Shown here one piece after another: positions 60,801-64,000 of a DNA stretch of 64,000 bases. Position 1 is the first letter of the stretch; every line of letters begins with the position of its first letter. The notes below the pieces were generated by a model. That model saw nothing but the letters and a program-made list of their open reading frames with translations. It was not told where the DNA came from and ran no database searches. Source of the DNA: Gracilinanus agilis (Eukaryota); assembly GCF_016433145.1 (NCBI RefSeq), contig NC_058130.1, positions 202,220,827-202,284,826 of the forward strand, read 5' to 3'. A program made the position numbers and the translations under genes.

Positions 60801-63800
60801 GTAAACACATCCAAACCCTCCCCCAAAAATGAAAATTGGTCAAAGCTCTTGAAGAATTCCAATCTGTGATCATAATAAAGGTAGAAGAGATTTGACAAGA
60901 AAAGTGGGAAATAGTTCAAAAAGAAAATAACAGTTTAAAAGGCAGAATTTCACAATTGGAAATTGAGGTTCAGAAATCAAATGAAATGATAAGCAAATTG
61001 AAGACCAGAAATGACCAGCTGGAAGCCATGAAGAGCCAGATAGACCAGACTAAAAAGGAAAACCAGAAGATTATAGCCAAAAACCAGTCTTTAAAGGCGA
61101 GAATTGGGCAAGTAGAAGCCAATGATCTCACGAGACAACAAGAATTAATAAGAAAAGTCAAAAGACTGACAAAATAGAAGGAAACATGAAATATCTCAAT
61201 GAGAAGATGACAGATCAAGAAAACAGGTCTAGAAGAGATAATTTGAGAATTATTGGTCTTCCGGAAAAATCAGAGACAAATAGAAATCTAGACATCATAC
61301 TATAAGAAATTATCCAAGAAAACTGCCCTGATGTTCTTGAACAAAAGGTCAAAATAGACATTGAAAGAGCCCATAGAACACCCTCTACACTAAATCCTCA
61401 AAAGACAACCCCCAGGAATGTAATAGCCAAATTCAAAAGAAAACCATGTCTTAAAATTGGGCAAATAGAAGCTAATGACTTAATGAGATATCAAAAAACC
61501 ATGAAACAAAATCAAAAGAATGAAAAAATAAAAGAAAATATGAAATATCTCATTGAAAAAACAACTGATATGGAAAACAGATCCTGGAGACACAATCTAA
61601 AAATTACTGGACAATCTGAAAGTCATGATTATTTTTTAAAAGCCTAGACATCATATTACAAGAAATTACCAAAGAAAATTGCCCTGATGTTCTTTTTTTT
61701 AAAACCCTTACCTTCCATTTTGGAATCAATACTGTGTATTGGCTCCAAGGCAGAAGAGTGGTAAAGGTAGGCAATGGGGGTCAAGTGACTTGCCCAGGGT
61801 CACACAGCTGGGAAGTGTCTGAGGCCAGATTTGAACCTAGGACCTCCCATCTCTAGGCCTGGCTCTCAATCCACTGAACTACCCAGCTACCCCCTTGCCC
61901 TGATATTCTTGAACAAGAGGGTAAAAAAGAAATTGAAAGAATCCACGGATTGCCTCCTGAAACAAATCCCTAAATGACAACTCCCAGGAATAGTATAGCT
62001 AAATTCAAGAGCTCTCAGGCCAAGGAGAAAATACTGGAAGCAGACAGAAAGAAATAATTCAAATATCATGGAGCCACTGTGAGGATTACATAAGACTTAG
62101 CTTCTACATTAAAGTATCAGAAGACTTGGAATATGATATTCTAGAAAAACGGAATAACAACTACACTCACAGGAGTAGAGAATCCTATCTTCCCTACAGA
62201 AAAGCAGGAGGGGGAATAAGATGGGAGGGGCGTAATACAAGGGAAGAGGAATTGGGAGGGGTGCTAATTAAAAGCAAACCACATGTGAGGAAGGACAAAG
62301 TGAAAAGAGAGAGAAAGAGCAGCTCAAAAGGGGAAAATAAGATGGAGGAGAATACACAGATAATAATCATAACTGTGAATGTGAATGGAATGAACTCACT
62401 CATAAAATGAAAGCAGATAGTAGAGTGAATTCAAAACCAGATTCCTACCATATATTGTTTACAAGAAACACATTTGAAGTAGGGAGACACATACACAGAA
62501 TAAAAGTAAGGGGATGGAACAGAATCTATTGTGCTTCAGCTGAAATTTAAAAAAGACAGGAGTAGCAATCATGATCTCAGACAAAGCTAAAGCAAAAAGA
62601 GATATAATTAAAAGAGATAAAAGAAACGACATCTTGATAAAAGGTTCTATAGACAATGATGTAATATGAATGCTAAACATGTGTGCCCTAAATGGTAAAG
62701 CATCCAAATTTCTAAAGAAGAAATTAAATGAGCTTCAGGAGAAATAGACAGTAAAACTATAGTAGTGGGGGACCTCAATCTTCCTCTCTCAGAACTAGAT
62801 AAATCTAACCTCCCAAAAATGAGAGAGAAATAAAGAAAGTGAATAAAACTTTAGAAAAGTTAGATTTAATAGATCTCTGGAGAAAACTGAATGGGAATAA
62901 AAAGGAATAGACCTTCTTTTCAGCAGTACATGGTACCTACACAAAAAAATGACCATGTACCAGGGCATAAAAATTTCACAACCAAATGCAGAAAAGCAAA
63001 AATAATAAATGCATCCTTTTCAGATCATAATGCAATAAAAATTATAATCAATAAGGGTCCATGGAAAAAACAAATAAATAATTAGCTGGAAACTAAATAA
63101 TCTTATTCTAAGAAAGGGGTAGATCAAAGAATAAATTATAGAAACAATCGATAATTTCGTTAAAGAGAATGACAATGAGGAGACAACATATCATATGGGA
63201 TACCGCCAAAGCAGTACTTAGAAGAAAATATGTATCTCTGAACTCTTACATCAATAAAATAGACAAACATGACAGCTGGATTGAATGTAAAAAGCTCTGG
63301 ATGGAGATCATACATAGAGTCTGTGATTCACATAATGTCAGAGCTAAAAGGAATTGTAGGGGGGTAATAATGCCTTTATTTCACAGATGAGGAAACTAAG
63401 ACACAAAGGGGTTAAATCACTTTGCCCAAGATCACATAAGTAGAAAGAAGCAGAGCTGGAATTCAGAACTTGGTCCTTCTGACTCCAAATTCAACTAGTC
63501 TTTTCCTTCTACCATTCTGTATCCCAGGAGCCAACTTACTATGTGACCATGAATAAATCACTTCCCACTCTAGGGTTCAGTTTCCTTCTCTGTAAGACGT
63601 GACTATTGGTCCAGATGACATCTAAAGCCCTACTCATCTCTAACATTATATGAATCACAAATTCCCTCTTCCTAACCTCTGATGTTTCTTTCATACAGGA
63701 GCTCATGGGTTTAAAGACTCCCCCTTTCTCCACCTTGTTTGTATTTTCAGTCTTTTAAGATTGGGAGAAGAGAGCAGAGACTGAGGGAAGAGAGAAAAGA

Positions 63801-63978
63801 CTGTGGGGTCAGGGTACTCACTACCTTCTTCTCTATCTGGACCATGGACACTTTTCTGAAGGAGAAGCCCTGGGGAACAGTCAAGGCCAGTTGTACCCGG
63901 TAGGCATCTTCTTTGACATTACTCAGCTCCAAAACAACAGAGAGGCTGGATGAAGGGGCCAGGCGCAATTCAAGAGAT
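48591..63978 (-). CDS. ITGAL: Integrin alpha-L (CD11a), 3' part: last 11 coding exons; the gene continues beyond the window end
   Basis: Exons in transcript order: 63825(or 63822)..63978, 59548..59652, 58077..58156, 57514..57600, 54358..54433, 50836..50943, 50164..50220, 49930..50028, 49720..49815, 49504..49614, 48591..48812. All are GT-AG with consistent phases. The protein has the TM segment [24 protein letters not shown] and the integrin-alpha GFFKR motif. Confidence 0.93.
49504..49614 (-). CDS. ITGAL: ITGAL transmembrane exon ([37 protein letters not shown])
   Basis: cctcag|...|gtgagt, 111 nt. Confidence 0.93.
49720..49815 (-). CDS. ITGAL: ITGAL exon ([32 protein letters not shown])
   Basis: ctcag|...|gtacta, 96 nt. 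Confidence 0.9.
49930..50028 (-). CDS. ITGAL: ITGAL exon ([33 protein letters not shown])
   Basis: ccccaag|...|gtaacc, 99 nt. Confidence 0.88.
50164..50220 (-). CDS. ITGAL: ITGAL exon ([19 protein letters not shown])
   Basis: ctctag|...|gtaagc, 57 nt. Confidence 0.9.
50600..50798 (-). mobile_element. Marsupial SINE in ITGAL intron
   Basis: aaaccctaccttctgtcttggaatc...gagccacctagctgccc. Confidence 0.9.
50836..50943 (-). CDS. ITGAL: ITGAL exon ([36 protein letters not shown])
   Basis: cctcag|...|gtcaga, 108 nt, phase 0-0. It is the most divergent of the exons, but its position and phase fit. Confidence 0.8.
52249..52441 (+). mobile_element. hAT (Charlie-type) MITE, 193 bp
   Basis: TIRs cagtgattcccaaa / tttgggaaccactg; 8-bp TSD gtctagag/ctctagag (NTCTAGAN target). 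Confidence 0.9.
53013..53168 (-). repeat. Inverted copy of 52216-52373 (MITE left part + 33 bp of flank)
   Basis: Manual alignment gives 3 substitutions + 1 indel over ~157 bp. Confidence 0.92.
53525..53792 (+). mobile_element. Short L1 3'-end insertion inside a SINE
   Basis: L1 3' UTR with an A-rich tail; TSD aactgatacttag (53512-24 / 53793-805); contains an (atggaacc)3 tandem repeat. Confidence 0.85.
54358..54433 (-). CDS. ITGAL: ITGAL exon ([25 protein letters not shown])
   Basis: ttcacag|...|gtagga, 76 nt, phase 2-0. Confidence 0.9.
54805..55335 (+). mobile_element. hAT-type MITE interrupted by a SINE (54984-55230)
   Basis: cagaggtgtcaaac ... gagtttgacatcactg inverted termini. Confidence 0.65.
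56581..56793 (+). mobile_element. Young SINE1_Mdo-like SINE inserted into an older CORE-SINE
   Basis: Perfect TSD aagaatttctatatgg (56565-80 / 56794-809), A-tail. Confidence 0.94.
57514..57600 (-). CDS. ITGAL: ITGAL exon ([29 protein letters not shown])
   Basis: ctgcag|...|gtacgt, 87 nt, phase 2-2. Confidence 0.9.
58077..58156 (-). CDS. ITGAL: ITGAL exon ([27 protein letters not shown])
   Basis: ccccag|...|gtgaat, 80 nt, phase 0-2. Confidence 0.9.
58549..59479 (-). mobile_element. Probable solo LTR (~930 bp) inserted into a SINE in an ITGAL intron
   Basis: 4-bp TSD GCTT; one terminus reads TG and the other TA; the SINE rejoins as cagtaatgct-tctaagatagaagg. AATAAA on the minus strand at 58957-62; orientation is inferred. 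Confidence 0.7.
59548..59652 (-). CDS. ITGAL: ITGAL exon ([35 protein letters not shown])
   Basis: cag|...|gtgaga, 105 nt, phase 0-0; matches recalled human [17 protein letters not shown]. Confidence 0.9.
60200..61433 (+). mobile_element. L1 5' fragment (5' UTR + most of ORF1), 3'-truncated and TSD-flanked
   Basis: Starts with cttccgggttaagatggc (YY1-type L1 5' end); flanked by caaaagaaaa direct repeats (60190-99 / 61434-43). Confidence 0.8.
61692..61894 (-). mobile_element. SINE1_Mdo-like SINE in L1
   Basis: TSD ttgccctgatRttctt on both sides. Confidence 0.92.
63825..63978 (-). CDS. ITGAL: ITGAL exon ([52 protein letters not shown])
   Basis: Acceptor ttcttccccag. The donor is ambiguous (AAG|gtagtg or GTA|gtgagt, 3 nt apart). 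Confidence 0.85.
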
Positions 63979-64000
63979 CTGGGGAAGAAGTCAAGGCATA

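Larger units (their letters stand above)
59795..63270 (+). mobile_element. Older L1 (ORF1 + ORF2 endonuclease part) in an ITGAL intron, with nested insertions
   Basis: ORF1 coiled coil; ORF2 start [14 protein letters not shown]; GDLN and FSDHNAIK motifs; frameshifted. Confidence 0.88.

Overview
This is marsupial genomic DNA, from a didelphid opossum type judged by SINE1_Mdo-like and L1_Mdo-like repeats. It is syntenic with the human 16p11.2 ZNF cluster and has one 128-N gap (1263-1390). The + strand carries three 3-exon KRAB-C2H2 paralogs (ZNF785-like 10243-12401, ZNF688 14920-16652, ZNF764-like 33762-35378) and ZNF768 (41914-43446). The last 11 coding exons of ITGAL (integrin alpha-L) lie convergently on the - strand (48591-63978). 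The rest is dense, nested repeat: L1s, L2, CR1, CORE-SINEs, hAT MITEs and three solo LTRs with target-site duplications. I found no clearly new multi-gene system. The strongest leads are: (1) a fixed-length C-terminal module shared by the three KRAB paralogs (HQWIHR finger + 25-aa linker + DPPV..YP[DE]IF[QE]ECG-stop); (2) 90-93% nucleotide identity among their KRAB-A exons, suggesting concerted evolution, with a GLI-like TYGHL/TYSHL motif; (3) a 19-aa tandem duplication in the alpha-L cytoplasmic tail; (4) several unusual insertion structures, namely a twin-primed L1, a TSD-flanked 3'-truncated L1, an inverted MITE-plus-flank duplicate, a double SINE at one site and a very old L1-clade relic. 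Gene names and human comparisons come from my recollection of human proteins, not from a database search. Coordinates of old repeats are approximate.
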